From: a virus
Reading direction: 5' to 3' (one strand)
Virus record (IMG/VR): IMGVR_UViG_3300027833_000017
DNA length: 64,000 nucleotides
Shown: piece by piece, positions 38,593 through 49,122 of the stretch
Position numbering within the stretch: position 1 is the first letter of the stretch
Layout of the letters: every line of letters begins with the position of its first letter
Position numbers and translations under genes: made by a program
The notes under the pieces: generated by a model
Database searches by the model: none
The model's input: only the letters and a program-made list of their open reading frames with translations
What the model was told of the DNA's origin: nothing

Positions 38593-40101
38593 GTGGAGCT
38601 TAGTTTAACTGAAAACAAACAGTTGCTGCGCATTGATGAAGCAACTGAATTAGAACTGGAACAACTCAATATTTCTTTAAATAGAAGAATTGATTCATGG
38701 CGATTTAATCCTTTGGTTAAAAAGGGTTTATGGGATGGATATGTTTCATATATAAAAGACGATAAATGGATTCCTTCAGGATTATGGAGAGAAGTCATGC
38801 AAATATGTAAAGAATATAAATTTGAGTTTAAACTCAATGGTATTACTGACATGTTTGATACCAATATTAATCAAGAAAAATTTACAAAATGGGCTTTAGA
38901 CTTTTTCGAAAAGTCAGAGATAACTCCAAGAGATTATCAAATAGAGGCAGCATTTAATATACTAAAATTTAGAAGATGTTTAAGTGAGCTTGCAACTTCT
39001 GCCGGTAAAACACTAATCTCATTCTTAACAGTATCATATTTACTAGAACAACAAAAAGCAAAAAAGATTTTATTTATTGTACCTAATGTATCATTAGTTC
39101 TACAGGCTAGTGAAGATTTTCTAGACTATAATTATAGAAACGCAATAGATATTAAAGTACAACAAATATACAGTGGTCAAAAATTAAGGGCGGGTAGAAA
39201 TGTCATTATTGGGACATATCAATCACTTGTTAAAAAAGATAAAGCATATTTTGAAGAATTTGATGCAGTAATTGTTGATGAAACACACAAAGCAAAATCA
39301 GCCTCTATTAAAACTATTTTACAAAAATGTATTAATGCAGATTATAAATATGGTTTATCTGGAACTATTCCAAAAGAAGGCACATTAGATAGATTAACGT
39401 TAATGGCATATACTGGTCCATTAATTACAGAAATAAGTGCACATTATTTACAAAACGAAGGACACATCGCAGGGTGTAAAGTAAAGGTAATTAAAATGGA
39501 CTATGCACCTCAATCTACAAAAGACGCATTTAGAGAAATGTCTCAGAATAGATATGAAAGTAAAGACGTTTTTAAATTTGAGCAAAACTATGTGATCAAT
39601 TCACCTGGAAGGCTTAATTTTATAACAAGTATTATATCCAGGGTTAAGGGTAATAGTTTAGTTCTTTTTCATAGAATTGAACATGGTAAAAAAATATATG
39701 AAAAGCTCAGACAGGAGAGTGATAAATCCGTTTATTATGTTGATGGTGGAATTGATAAAGATATTAGAGAAGAACACAAAAAGAAAATGGAAGCTGGAAA
39801 CCAAGTCGTCATTGTCGCTTCATATGGTACATTCTCAACTGGTATATCCATCAAAAAAATTCACAACATATTCTTCACAGAATCATTTAAATCAGAAGTA
39901 ATTATTAGACAATCTATTGGTAGGGGTTTAAGGCAACATAGCTCTAAAGACTCGGTTAATATTATAGATTTTGTAGATGATTTAAGTTCCCCTGATTGGG
40001 ATAATTACCTAATAAGACACTCCAAAGAAAGACAAAGGATCTACAAAGAACAGAAGTTTAAATATGATGTAAAAAATGTAGATTTTGAAGGAGATATATA
40101 A
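38593..40101 (+). CDS. uvsW: SF2 DNA helicase UvsW
   Basis: PRDYQ, ATSAGKT, DETH, GLSGT, ASYGTFSTGISI and QSIGRGLR motifs. Confidence 0.92.
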   Translation: MELSLTENKQLLRIDEATELELEQLNISLNRRIDSWRFNPLVKKGLWDGYVSYIKDDKWIPSGLWREVMQICKEYKFEFKLNGITDMFDTNINQEKFTKWALDFFEKSEITPRDYQIEAAFNILKFRRCLSELATSAGKTLISFLTVSYLLEQQKAKKILFIVPNVSLVLQASEDFLDYNYRNAIDIKVQQIYSGQKLRAGRNVIIGTYQSLVKKDKAYFEEFDAVIVDETHKAKSASIKTILQKCINADYKYGLSGTIPKEGTLDRLTLMAYTGPLITEISAHYLQNEGHIAGCKVKVIKMDYAPQSTKDAFREMSQNRYESKDVFKFEQNYVINSPGRLNFITSIISRVKGNSLVLFHRIEHGKKIYEKLRQESDKSVYYVDGGIDKDIREEHKKKMEAGNQVVIVASYGTFSTGISIKKIHNIFFTESFKSEVIIRQSIGRGLRQHSSKDSVNIIDFVDDLSSPDWDNYLIRHSKERQRIYKEQKFKYDVKNVDFEGDI

Positions 40102-40134
40102 TAAAATAATAACACATAAAAAAATAATATCATT

Positions 40135-42045
40135 ATGCATAAATTAAAATCTTTTGATCAGTTTTCAACTGAATCGCAAATCAATAGATCTAGACAAATA
40201 GAAGAAGAAAATTCTACTAAAAGAACTACTGAAGCAGAAACGTATAAAAATTTACTTAGTGAATTTAAAGTTACTTCTATCAAAGAATTAACCGAAGAGC
40301 AAAGAATTGAGTTTTTTACTAAATTAAGAGGCGCTGAGATTAATGAAGCTGTTGTTTTAATCGAAGAAGGAACTAGAGGACAAATTGGTAAAATTGACAA
40401 AAGAGGAAATATCACTTCTGTATACATGCATTATGATTCATATCCTGAAAACGTGTTACCACTTATTAAGAAAACATATTTAAAGGGTGGCTCACCACTA
40501 AACATTGTTCTTAAAAATGGAGATAATTCAGGTTTAGAAGCTGATCCAACAGGAATGAATTATTATGGAAACTTTACAGCATCTAAAGGTAAAGTTGCTA
40601 ATATATCTAAATATTTAAGAGATGTTGCAGATGGTGGCGGTGCCGAATTTGTATATTTATGGGATGAAGCTAATAAAGAATGGTTAATGGCAGATATTTA
40701 CGGTAAAGGATATGATGATGTTTATCCAGCATTTGAATCTTTAACTACTTCAGTAAATGAAGCTATTTCAGTTCAATATAAAAGAGACGCAAAAAAAGTT
40801 TTAACCGTCTATAAAAATTTATTTACTAAGAAACTAACAGATTTTGGTGCAATGGATAAAGTAGGCACATTAGGTTGTATTAAGTATCTTTTCGAAGAAG
40901 CAATGACAGATGCTAACTTTCATAGAGAAAAAGTTATATCTAAGAACATTAAAGGTAGAATAGGTTCATTTGAATTAAAAGTAGCGGGTTTAGGTAATCA
41001 CTTTTTAACAATCGGTGCTACTACTACAAAAAGAATTTTAGACAAACACTATAGTGATCTTGCAAATGCAGCTGGTTGGTCAGGAATTGGGATTGTTGAA
41101 GGTACTGCTCTTTATTTAGAGAGTATTAAAGAAGAAGCATCAGGTCAAGCTTTACTAAATGCATTTAATATGTTTGAGTCATTTGCATATGACGAAGGAG
41201 ATGCGCTTAATGAGAAATCATATAATAAAAAGTCTTTAATGAAAGCTATGAAAGCTGATGATGGTATGATTCAATTAGGAAACGGACAAGAGTATGTTAT
41301 TTATGCATATGGTAATGGCAACGATAGTAATGATGACATGTGGGGAGATAAAACAATCTTTGCATTGGACCAAGACGGAGAAGAACATGAAATTGAATAT
41401 TCTGATATTGTAAGTTATAATGAGGCTACTATTACTGAATCAGAAGCTGAAAACATTTTAGACGATCTTTTAGATGAGAGAGGCGGAGATATGGGAGAAT
41501 TACATGGAATGGAAATGGAAGATGCATTAGATACAGTCGAAGCATACGGACATAAAGGTTCTAAAGCAAAAAAGATTGCACAGGAATTACATTCTTTATG
41601 TAACGAATCAACAGTTACTGAAGCTAAATTCGTAAAAGACTTTGATAACGCGGTTTTAAAGGCAACTACAAAAGAAGAGGTTCTTGAAATTTATCCAAAC
41701 GCTGAATTCTTTATCGGTAAATCAGATCATTTCTTTGGAGAGTTTGATGAAAATTTATTCTTTAAAGCATATTATACAAAAGGACAAAAAGAATTTGAAA
41801 TCAAATCAGTTTATTCTGAGAAAAATAAAAATTATGTTCATTTATACAATGAATCAGTAGTTACTGAAGCTGAAGTTAATTCGGATGAAGAATTTGAAGA
41901 ATATGCGATAACTGTTTTGCAAAAAGCATTTGGAGAGGATTTTGACAAAACCAAAGCTAAAAAAGTTATAGACGGTATTTTATCTAAAGTAGATGGAGAT
42001 TATGGTACTGCAGTTGGTATGTTAACTAGCTCATTGGGACAATAA
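40135..42045 (+). CDS. capsid-targeted multidomain (poly)protein
   Basis: MHKLKSFDQFSTE start. Domains are separated by INE/VNE/LNE/ITE/VTE sites, and one is a GTRGQIG...SVYMHYDSYP phage domain. Confidence 0.6.
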   Translation: MHKLKSFDQFSTESQINRSRQIEEENSTKRTTEAETYKNLLSEFKVTSIKELTEEQRIEFFTKLRGAEINEAVVLIEEGTRGQIGKIDKRGNITSVYMHYDSYPENVLPLIKKTYLKGGSPLNIVLKNGDNSGLEADPTGMNYYGNFTASKGKVANISKYLRDVADGGGAEFVYLWDEANKEWLMADIYGKGYDDVYPAFESLTTSVNEAISVQYKRDAKKVLTVYKNLFTKKLTDFGAMDKVGTLGCIKYLFEEAMTDANFHREKVISKNIKGRIGSFELKVAGLGNHFLTIGATTTKRILDKHYSDLANAAGWSGIGIVEGTALYLESIKEEASGQALLNAFNMFESFAYDEGDALNEKSYNKKSLMKAMKADDGMIQLGNGQEYVIYAYGNGNDSNDDMWGDKTIFALDQDGEEHEIEYSDIVSYNEATITESEAENILDDLLDERGGDMGELHGMEMEDALDTVEAYGHKGSKAKKIAQELHSLCNESTVTEAKFVKDFDNAVLKATTKEEVLEIYPNAEFFIGKSDHFFGEFDENLFFKAYYTKGQKEFEIKSVYSEKNKNYVHLYNESVVTEAEVNSDEEFEEYAITVLQKAFGEDFDKTKAKKVIDGILSKVDGDYGTAVGMLTSSLGQ

Positions 42046-42065
42046 TAAAACAAGATAAATACCTT

Positions 42066-43349
42066 ATGAAGATCTTTACTAATTTTAATGAATTTATAAC
42101 TGAACGACTACATATTAGTGTACCAGAATCTCTTATTTTAGAAGGTGGTGCAGCAGGTCACATGTCACATCCATTTGATGAGAAAGATTTAACATTTAGT
42201 GATTTTAAGAAAATTATTGAAGCAGGATTATATGGTGAACTAAACTTCGAAGAAGAAGCAACTGAAAAAACTGACGGTCAAAATGTATTTGCAACAGTTC
42301 AAGATGGAGAAGTAAAATTTGCCAGAAATAAAACTGAATTAGCAAATCCAATGGACCTTGCTACTTTTAAGAATAAGTTTGAAGGACATGCTAGTCCATT
42401 AGTACAAGATACTTTTCAATTTGCTGCAGAAGATTTAGCAAGCTCGTTAAATAAATTATCCCCTAAAGATTTAGAAGTTTTTGATAATGGTAAAAACTTT
42501 ATGAATATGGAGTTAATTTACTCTAAGAATCCTAACGTAATCTATTATGATCGTGATGTTATTCAATTTCATGGTATAAAGAAAACTGACGGTGAAGGTA
42601 ATACTATTGGAGATGATAACAAACCAGCAAGATCAATCGCTAAAGCAATGCAAGATCTTAAAATTAATGTTGGTAAAACATTTACAGTAATTCCACCTCA
42701 AGTTATTAAAATAGGAAAAGATTTAGATTTTGAAAAGAACAAAGCTAAATTTATCAAACAGGTAGAATCACTAAGAGATCGTTATGGTTTATCAGATGAT
42801 GATCAAGTTTCAAGATATCACGAAATGTGGTGGAGAGAAACTATTGATACAAACTTTTCTGATTTAGAACAAGATCATAAAGAAGGACTTCTTTTAAGAT
42901 GGGCGTATGGTGATAAAAAGACACTAAACTTAAGATCATTAGACAAAGATTTAGGTAAAGATAAAGCATCTCTTATTAAGAAATTTGATAAAGAAGATGT
43001 TAAGAAAAAATACAAGGAAAACATTAGACCATTTGAGGATTTATTCTTAGAATTGGGTTCTATTATCCTTAAGAATGCTTCTAATTTTGTTGCAGCAAAC
43101 CCAGATGCTGAAATGCAAAGGTTGCACGATCAAATAAGAACAGAAGCTGAAGGTATTAAGAAAACAGGAGGTGCAGCTCAGATCGCAAAGGTTGAAGCTG
43201 AACTTGCTAGGTTAGACAGAATTGGAGGAATAGAATCTATTATACCAACTGAAGGAATAGTTTTTGTGTACAAAGGAAAAACAATGAAATTAACAGGTAC
43301 GTTTGCAGCCATTAATCAATTAATGGGTATCATAAAATACGGAAGATAA
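42066..43349 (+). CDS. ligase-fold covalent nucleotidyltransferase (DUF6267-like), capsid-targeted
   Basis: MKIFTNFNEFITE start and GGAAGHMSHPFD. Ligase motifs: I EKTDG, III NMEL, IIIa IQFH, IV EGIV, V MKLTG. Confidence 0.65.
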   Translation: MKIFTNFNEFITERLHISVPESLILEGGAAGHMSHPFDEKDLTFSDFKKIIEAGLYGELNFEEEATEKTDGQNVFATVQDGEVKFARNKTELANPMDLATFKNKFEGHASPLVQDTFQFAAEDLASSLNKLSPKDLEVFDNGKNFMNMELIYSKNPNVIYYDRDVIQFHGIKKTDGEGNTIGDDNKPARSIAKAMQDLKINVGKTFTVIPPQVIKIGKDLDFEKNKAKFIKQVESLRDRYGLSDDDQVSRYHEMWWRETIDTNFSDLEQDHKEGLLLRWAYGDKKTLNLRSLDKDLGKDKASLIKKFDKEDVKKKYKENIRPFEDLFLELGSIILKNASNFVAANPDAEMQRLHDQIRTEAEGIKKTGGAAQIAKVEAELARLDRIGGIESIIPTEGIVFVYKGKTMKLTGTFAAINQLMGIIKYGR

Positions 43350-45196
43350 TGGCATTACAAAATTTAAGAACATATTTTCAATCAACCAACATTAATGATT
43401 TTAATTCAATGTTGAAATTAACATGTGTTGTATCAGAAAAAATACAAGCATCTTCGTTTCATGTTAAAAGCACTAGTACTGGTTATGAATATTTTAAAAG
43501 TGGTTCTAAACATAAAATGGATAAAGTAGATAGAACTATGGTAAGATACTATGAAAATGGTATCAATTACTTTAAAGCTATTCCTAAAGATGTAAAAGAA
43601 GATATGCCACATGATTGGAAATTCGGATTTGACTACATGATTGACAACAAGACAGTAGATATCGAATATGAAAGTCTTCCTAAAAATCACTTAATACTAA
43701 CACACATACAAATATTAAATCCTAAAAATCCCACACAAATCAAAAAAGTTATTAGAGATCCACAGATCTTAAATAAGTGGTCAGAATTATTAGGTGTTCA
43801 AAAACCTCCGGTTATATTTCAAGGAGTTTTACAATCAAATCAAAAAGATGACTTAATTAGATTACTAGAACTTTCTGATTCTGATTTTAAAATCAAATTC
43901 AAAGATCAATCTTTTACAAGAGCTATATTTAATATATTTAACATAGGTCTTAATAATCCAACGTTAAATTCTAATTTAGATAATGATATAGATGGTTTAA
44001 TAGTAAACTTCTATGAAGGTAAAAATCCAAAAAGTTTTAAACTTGAAAGATTTGACAGGAATGATGTTAAAAAAAGAGAGCCATCTGACATGTATCAGAT
44101 TGCAATATTAGATTTAGTAGAGTATATTACAGAGTTTAATCTTGAAGAAATTTCTTTAGAATCAGAAGATTCAGCAGAACGATATATTGAATTAATTTCA
44201 CACATCTTTAATGCATACATTGAAAAGAATGCTTCTAAATATGTAGGAGCTAGTTTTAATTCTGCGGATTTTTCAGAAAACAAAAGTTTTAAATTAAATC
44301 CAGTTTTTATTACAAATGAAAAAACACTATCATTAATACAGAATGACGTTTTATCAGAATTGTATAAAATAGCATTGGGTAGTTTTAGAAAAAAGAGAAA
44401 CAAAGAAACAGATATTATTAATAAAGATTTAATGTCGCAGATCAATGAAATAGTTGATAGTATAGATGCAATAGTAATGGCAAAAACAAATGAAAATGAT
44501 GTTCTTAATTTTAAGTCATATCTGTTAAATCAAAAATTACAATATAATGAATCTCCTGTTTTAGAAGCATTAAAGGTAGATTACCCAGAACATGGTAAGA
44601 AATTAGTTAATATGTTTGTTGGTAGATTTCAGCCTTTTACGTTGGGCCATGCTAAAGTAGTTGAAACTATTCATAAGCAAAATGGTCACCCGGTCGTAAT
44701 CTTATTAGTAAAGGCTAAGAAAAAGAAAAAAGAAGATGCATTTAAAAGACCTTATGATGAGGACACTCAAGTTGCAATGATTGATAGATTAAAATCTAAA
44801 TATCCAATTGAAGAAGTTTTTGTAATTCCAACGGGCGGTATTGACACTATGTTCAATGCAATGAGGCCAAAATACGAACCAGTGTTATGGGGAACCGGAA
44901 GTGACAGAATGAAAACTTATGGATTTCAAGTAGATAAACCAGAATATAGAGAAGATCTTGGAGTTAGAACTGATTTTGGACTTTATGAAATACCAAGAAC
45001 TGGCAAGAATATATCAGCAACACAAGTAAGAAATGCAATGTTAGATGGTGATGAGAAGCTATTTAAGAAGCTAACACCAAAACCGATACATGATATGTAT
45101 AATGAATTAAAATCTAAATTAGAAGATTCTATGGGTGTTGTAGCAGAATCAGATTCTAACACAATGACTTTCGATCAATTTTTAAAGAATATATAA
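43349..45196 (+). CDS. degenerate ligase-fold domain fused to an HxGH (cytidylyltransferase/NMNAT-like) nucleotidyltransferase
   Basis: N-part SEKIQASSF...DGLIV...FKL. C-part GRFQPFTLGH, GSDR and ISATQVR. Confidence 0.75.
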   Translation: MALQNLRTYFQSTNINDFNSMLKLTCVVSEKIQASSFHVKSTSTGYEYFKSGSKHKMDKVDRTMVRYYENGINYFKAIPKDVKEDMPHDWKFGFDYMIDNKTVDIEYESLPKNHLILTHIQILNPKNPTQIKKVIRDPQILNKWSELLGVQKPPVIFQGVLQSNQKDDLIRLLELSDSDFKIKFKDQSFTRAIFNIFNIGLNNPTLNSNLDNDIDGLIVNFYEGKNPKSFKLERFDRNDVKKREPSDMYQIAILDLVEYITEFNLEEISLESEDSAERYIELISHIFNAYIEKNASKYVGASFNSADFSENKSFKLNPVFITNEKTLSLIQNDVLSELYKIALGSFRKKRNKETDIINKDLMSQINEIVDSIDAIVMAKTNENDVLNFKSYLLNQKLQYNESPVLEALKVDYPEHGKKLVNMFVGRFQPFTLGHAKVVETIHKQNGHPVVILLVKAKKKKKEDAFKRPYDEDTQVAMIDRLKSKYPIEEVFVIPTGGIDTMFNAMRPKYEPVLWGTGSDRMKTYGFQVDKPEYREDLGVRTDFGLYEIPRTGKNISATQVRNAMLDGDEKLFKKLTPKPIHDMYNELKSKLEDSMGVVAESDSNTMTFDQFLKNI

Positions 45197-45216
45197 TAAA
45201 ATAATACAACAATAAA

Positions 45217-47403
45217 ATGGCAAAAATATTTTACGTAAGAGAAAGATCTGGAGATTATGCTCAGGTTAATTTTTTTAAAACAGAAAAAGAAGCATTAAAC
45301 TACGGTATATCTGAATGGTCAGACTTCGATATGTTCGGTGATGAAGAAGACGAAGACGATTCATATGACATGGATAATGATGCATGGTGGGTTGGAGACT
45401 CAATAGACTTTAAGAACGGTATTTTAATTTCGTTCGAAGAAGGACAGGTTTATGTTCAAGGAATGGACGATGCCGCTGCAAGAGAATATGTTAAAGAAGA
45501 AGTTGGAGAATATGGCGCTGCTATGTTCTTTGCTAGTTTCAGAAAAGGAATGTACGGTTACTTAGGTAATGGCGCAGATGGAAGAGGTTTCAAATGGGAC
45601 TGGGACGGTATAGAATTAAATGAATCTATAGAAGAAAGAAATATAATTGTTAAAAGAAAGTATACTGAAAACCATCCAGCAAAAGCTGTTGGTAAAGCTG
45701 CTAAAATTAGAAATAAAGTATTAGAAGCTGTTAAAGATGGTAAAATTTCCCAAGAAGAATTTAAAAGTATTGTTAAAGAAATGACAACTGATTCTACAAG
45801 GTGGTTAAGAAGAAACACAGCATATTTTAACGTAAGTGAAGATGGTATCTCTCTTTCTAAAACAGGTAAAAGAGTTTTAAATGAATTAGCACCGGTAAAC
45901 GAAGGTTTGTCTGTATTTGATGAAAGACATTTTGGTAAAAAAGGTATCATCATTATGATAGATGATAATGGTAAAAAAGTATCAGCAGTATTCAAAGACA
46001 AAAAGAATGCAGATAAGTACGACAGAAATAAAGAATCTGATTTAAAGACACTTTTAGATTTGGCAAAGAAAACTTCATATCCAAAGGCAATCGATGAATC
46101 AAAAATTAATGAAAAAGCTTCGGCATTTAAACAAGCAAATGTTATGGCGGAAGAAATGTTTGGAGAATTTGGAGTAGCAACTTTAGATTATGACGATTTA
46201 TCTAAAGTAATAGACATTAAAAAAGCAGATAGATTATCTAAAAAGTATGGAGAAAATAGTTTTATGTCATTAACTGAAATAGACATGGAAGAGCTTTTGA
46301 ATAAAAATCCAAAATTAGTAAAAGAAAATACATCAAATATAAAAATGGAAACACCAAAAAACAAAACAACATTTATTTACGAATCATTTAGCGAGTTTGT
46401 TAACTCTTTAAACGAATCAACAGTTAATGAAGCGTTCGGTTCACAGAGACTTGCTCAATTATTTATGGGAACTAATGGCAAACTAGATAAACATTTAGCT
46501 AAAGCTTTTTATGGTTCTACTAAAGTTGCTATGGATAAAGTACAAGATGAAGATATTATCAGTACTGATCCGCAAACAGCGTATAAAGCAAAACAAACAA
46601 ACACTATTGTTTTTTATATCTCAGATAATGAAAAAGAAAATCCACATGCACCCTATGATGCATATCATTCTAATAAAGTTATTCCAGGCGGAGGTTACTT
46701 ATTAGCAGTTACTTCTGGTGGTAATAAATTCTATGATCAAGTTTGGTCATCATCTAGTAGATATAGTAGTAGAAAAAACAATGATAGAAACCTTAAAATG
46801 GTAGATAATAATCCAACTGACTCTATTGGTATTAGTAAAAAATACAAAGGATGGGATGCAACTGGACTTTACAACGTAAAAAGAATTGCTGAAGTCGCAG
46901 ATAGAGCTATTGTTATTAATGTTGATTTATTGCAACAAAAGTATTCAACTGCAAACAAAAGAAATGATAGAGCCGCTGCAAAATCAGGAGCTGCTGCATT
47001 TAAATCACATGCTGATTTTAAACAAGAAAACAAGACAAGATACGAACAGATATTAGCAACTAAAGCTGCTGCATTACCATTAGATAAAATGGTCGCAGAT
47101 GCTATTGACACATTAACTCAACAAATTAAAGATGGTTTATCTAAAGGTGAAAAGACCAAATACGGAGAAATCTCTATTGGAACTAACAGAAAAGGTAACC
47201 ACGTAAAAATGAAGGATGCCTCTAACCACATGTCAAGTATTTTAGATGATTATTCTAGATATTGTGATTATGTTCAACAAGAAGAAGAATCCGATAAAAG
47301 ATACGGATCATCTGAATCATGGTACCAAAGAGAAGTTAAAAACTATGCAAAACGTATCAAAGATGGTGTTAATAAAATTGAATCTTTTGATTACGCTTGG
47401 TAA
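45217..47403 (+). CDS. capsid-targeted multidomain (poly)protein
   Basis: Internal FIYESFSEFVNSLNESTVNE signal-like segment and many LNE/VNE/INE sites between apparent domains. Confidence 0.55.
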   Translation: MAKIFYVRERSGDYAQVNFFKTEKEALNYGISEWSDFDMFGDEEDEDDSYDMDNDAWWVGDSIDFKNGILISFEEGQVYVQGMDDAAAREYVKEEVGEYGAAMFFASFRKGMYGYLGNGADGRGFKWDWDGIELNESIEERNIIVKRKYTENHPAKAVGKAAKIRNKVLEAVKDGKISQEEFKSIVKEMTTDSTRWLRRNTAYFNVSEDGISLSKTGKRVLNELAPVNEGLSVFDERHFGKKGIIIMIDDNGKKVSAVFKDKKNADKYDRNKESDLKTLLDLAKKTSYPKAIDESKINEKASAFKQANVMAEEMFGEFGVATLDYDDLSKVIDIKKADRLSKKYGENSFMSLTEIDMEELLNKNPKLVKENTSNIKMETPKNKTTFIYESFSEFVNSLNESTVNEAFGSQRLAQLFMGTNGKLDKHLAKAFYGSTKVAMDKVQDEDIISTDPQTAYKAKQTNTIVFYISDNEKENPHAPYDAYHSNKVIPGGGYLLAVTSGGNKFYDQVWSSSSRYSSRKNNDRNLKMVDNNPTDSIGISKKYKGWDATGLYNVKRIAEVADRAIVINVDLLQQKYSTANKRNDRAAAKSGAAAFKSHADFKQENKTRYEQILATKAAALPLDKMVADAIDTLTQQIKDGLSKGEKTKYGEISIGTNRKGNHVKMKDASNHMSSILDDYSRYCDYVQQEEESDKRYGSSESWYQREVKNYAKRIKDGVNKIESFDYAW

Positions 47404-47452
47404 TTAATAAAAACGAATATATAATCTAATATTACAAAAATTAAACAAAAAT

Positions 47453-47962
47453 ATGAAACATTTAAAATTATTCGAAGCATTTGTAGCTTCACAGAAATTA
47501 AACGAAGATACAGATTGGGATGCCTGTGAAGGAGCTCAGAAAGATAAGTTTGCACAAGTATGTAAAGCTTTAAAATGTGAATACAGTGATTTAGTATTTT
47601 TTGAGCTGCTACACAACGAACTAGATTATTATACTAGTGAAGAGTATGACTACGCCTTTGAAAAGGACCAAGAAATACCCTTTACTAAGAAAGATCTTGT
47701 TTTAAAATCAATAGGTGATGAAGACCCACATCTCAACATGGATGGTGTTATAGTTAGTATTAAAGGCACTAAACTTAAATATTTTTATTTCGATAGCGAT
47801 ATGAATTACTCTGGTACCGTTTGCTCAGAGAAAGACATAAAGGCATTAGAAGAATTTTATTTAGATGGACAAAAAGCAAGTACTAAAGACGGGATTAAAA
47901 ATCCCACTTCAATGTTTGATGTTTACGGTGAATATTGTATGGACATGGGCTTTGAAAATTAA
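47453..47962 (+). CDS. internal-head-protein-like, acidic
   Basis: MKHLKLFEAFVASQKLNE leader, with a late-type motif at 47416. Confidence 0.6.
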   Translation: MKHLKLFEAFVASQKLNEDTDWDACEGAQKDKFAQVCKALKCEYSDLVFFELLHNELDYYTSEEYDYAFEKDQEIPFTKKDLVLKSIGDEDPHLNMDGVIVSIKGTKLKYFYFDSDMNYSGTVCSEKDIKALEEFYLDGQKASTKDGIKNPTSMFDVYGEYCMDMGFEN

Positions 47963-47978
47963 ACAAACAAAAACAATT

Positions 47979-48635
47979 ATGAAACACTTACAGTTATTTG
48001 AGCAATTTGTAAACGAGTCAGTGTCTTTTGGTAAAAAAGGAATTAAAGCTAAATTAGAAGACAAGCTTAGGCTTGCTAAAATAGCAGTAGAAAAATGGGG
48101 AGATTCATACAGCGGGATTTTAAACGATGTTGAATCTACTTTAAAATCAGGTAAATTACCAAGTTATAAAGAACCATTAAGGGTACAAGGTGATACTGCA
48201 AAAGATTCTTACGACATTTTTCAGGGCAGAAACGCTGTAAAACTAGCAGAAGCTATTTCTAAAGTTATTAAGAAATATAAAAAATATGAAACTGAGGAAT
48301 CTTCAGTCCCTGCAGCAGGCGGATGGTCTGGAACAATGAGATCTACTGTTGGTGGACAAATTCAAGGCAGATCAAACTTTAACCCGGGTGGTAGAAGAAC
48401 ATTTTTAATTGCAGTCACATGTGGTAGTGGAATTGATTCAAAAATTAAAGATAAAATGTTTCAAGAAATTTATGAATTAATGTTTGTACTAGATGAATAT
48501 AATTCATCAGACGGTGGTGTTATGTTTGACTATTCATCAGGTACTAATTATAGTACAATTGGATTAACAAACTCAAGCTATTCTTTTAATAATGGAACAG
48601 CTAATAATTTAATAGATATAATGAACAATCACTAA
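47979..48635 (+). CDS. internal-head-protein-like
   Basis: True start placed at 47979 (MKHLQLFEQFVNE). The ORF-track start at 47865 overlaps the previous gene. Confidence 0.6.
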   Translation: MKHLQLFEQFVNESVSFGKKGIKAKLEDKLRLAKIAVEKWGDSYSGILNDVESTLKSGKLPSYKEPLRVQGDTAKDSYDIFQGRNAVKLAEAISKVIKKYKKYETEESSVPAAGGWSGTMRSTVGGQIQGRSNFNPGGRRTFLIAVTCGSGIDSKIKDKMFQEIYELMFVLDEYNSSDGGVMFDYSSGTNYSTIGLTNSSYSFNNGTANNLIDIMNNH

Positions 48636-48636
48636 A

Positions 48637-49080
48637 ATGAAACATGTAAAGTTATTTAAACAATATGTTAACGAGAAAATAGAATATTCATATTCTACTA
48701 TTAATGGCAAAAAAATAGAATCTGATTGGGCAGGCTCTGCAGATAGCCTAAAAGATTTTATTAAGCTAATAAAAGGAATACCTGAAACTTTAGAATCTAT
48801 TAAAGTTCAAACAGGTACTTCTTCCTTTAACCCCGCATCAACAGAGATTAAAGGCCCTTTTAATTCTTCAAAAATTAATAAGGTGGTTAAATTGGTTAAA
48901 GATGCAGATAAAGCATTTGATAAGAACGGCGAAGTAATACACACTTATTTGTTATCATCATACTATGGAGCTGGTGGTAGAAACCACAACTCCGATCCTG
49001 CATATATTTCATATAGAACTGAACGTAGCGATAATTTTGGAAAAGCAATGTCTTCAGGAAAACATGGATCACTAGATTAA
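48637..49080 (+). CDS. internal-head-protein-like
   Basis: MKHVKLFKQYVNE leader. Confidence 0.6.
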   Translation: MKHVKLFKQYVNEKIEYSYSTINGKKIESDWAGSADSLKDFIKLIKGIPETLESIKVQTGTSSFNPASTEIKGPFNSSKINKVVKLVKDADKAFDKNGEVIHTYLLSSYYGAGGRNHNSDPAYISYRTERSDNFGKAMSSGKHGSLD

Positions 49081-49122
49081 TAAAACAAATATATAATCTA
49101 ATAAAACATAAAAACATATAAA

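Noticed and set aside
47865-47978. ORF-track N-terminal extension of the 256-aa ORF (similarly at 54608 and 62995)
   Set aside because: These extensions overlap upstream genes. Downstream ATGs with A-rich leaders fit better.
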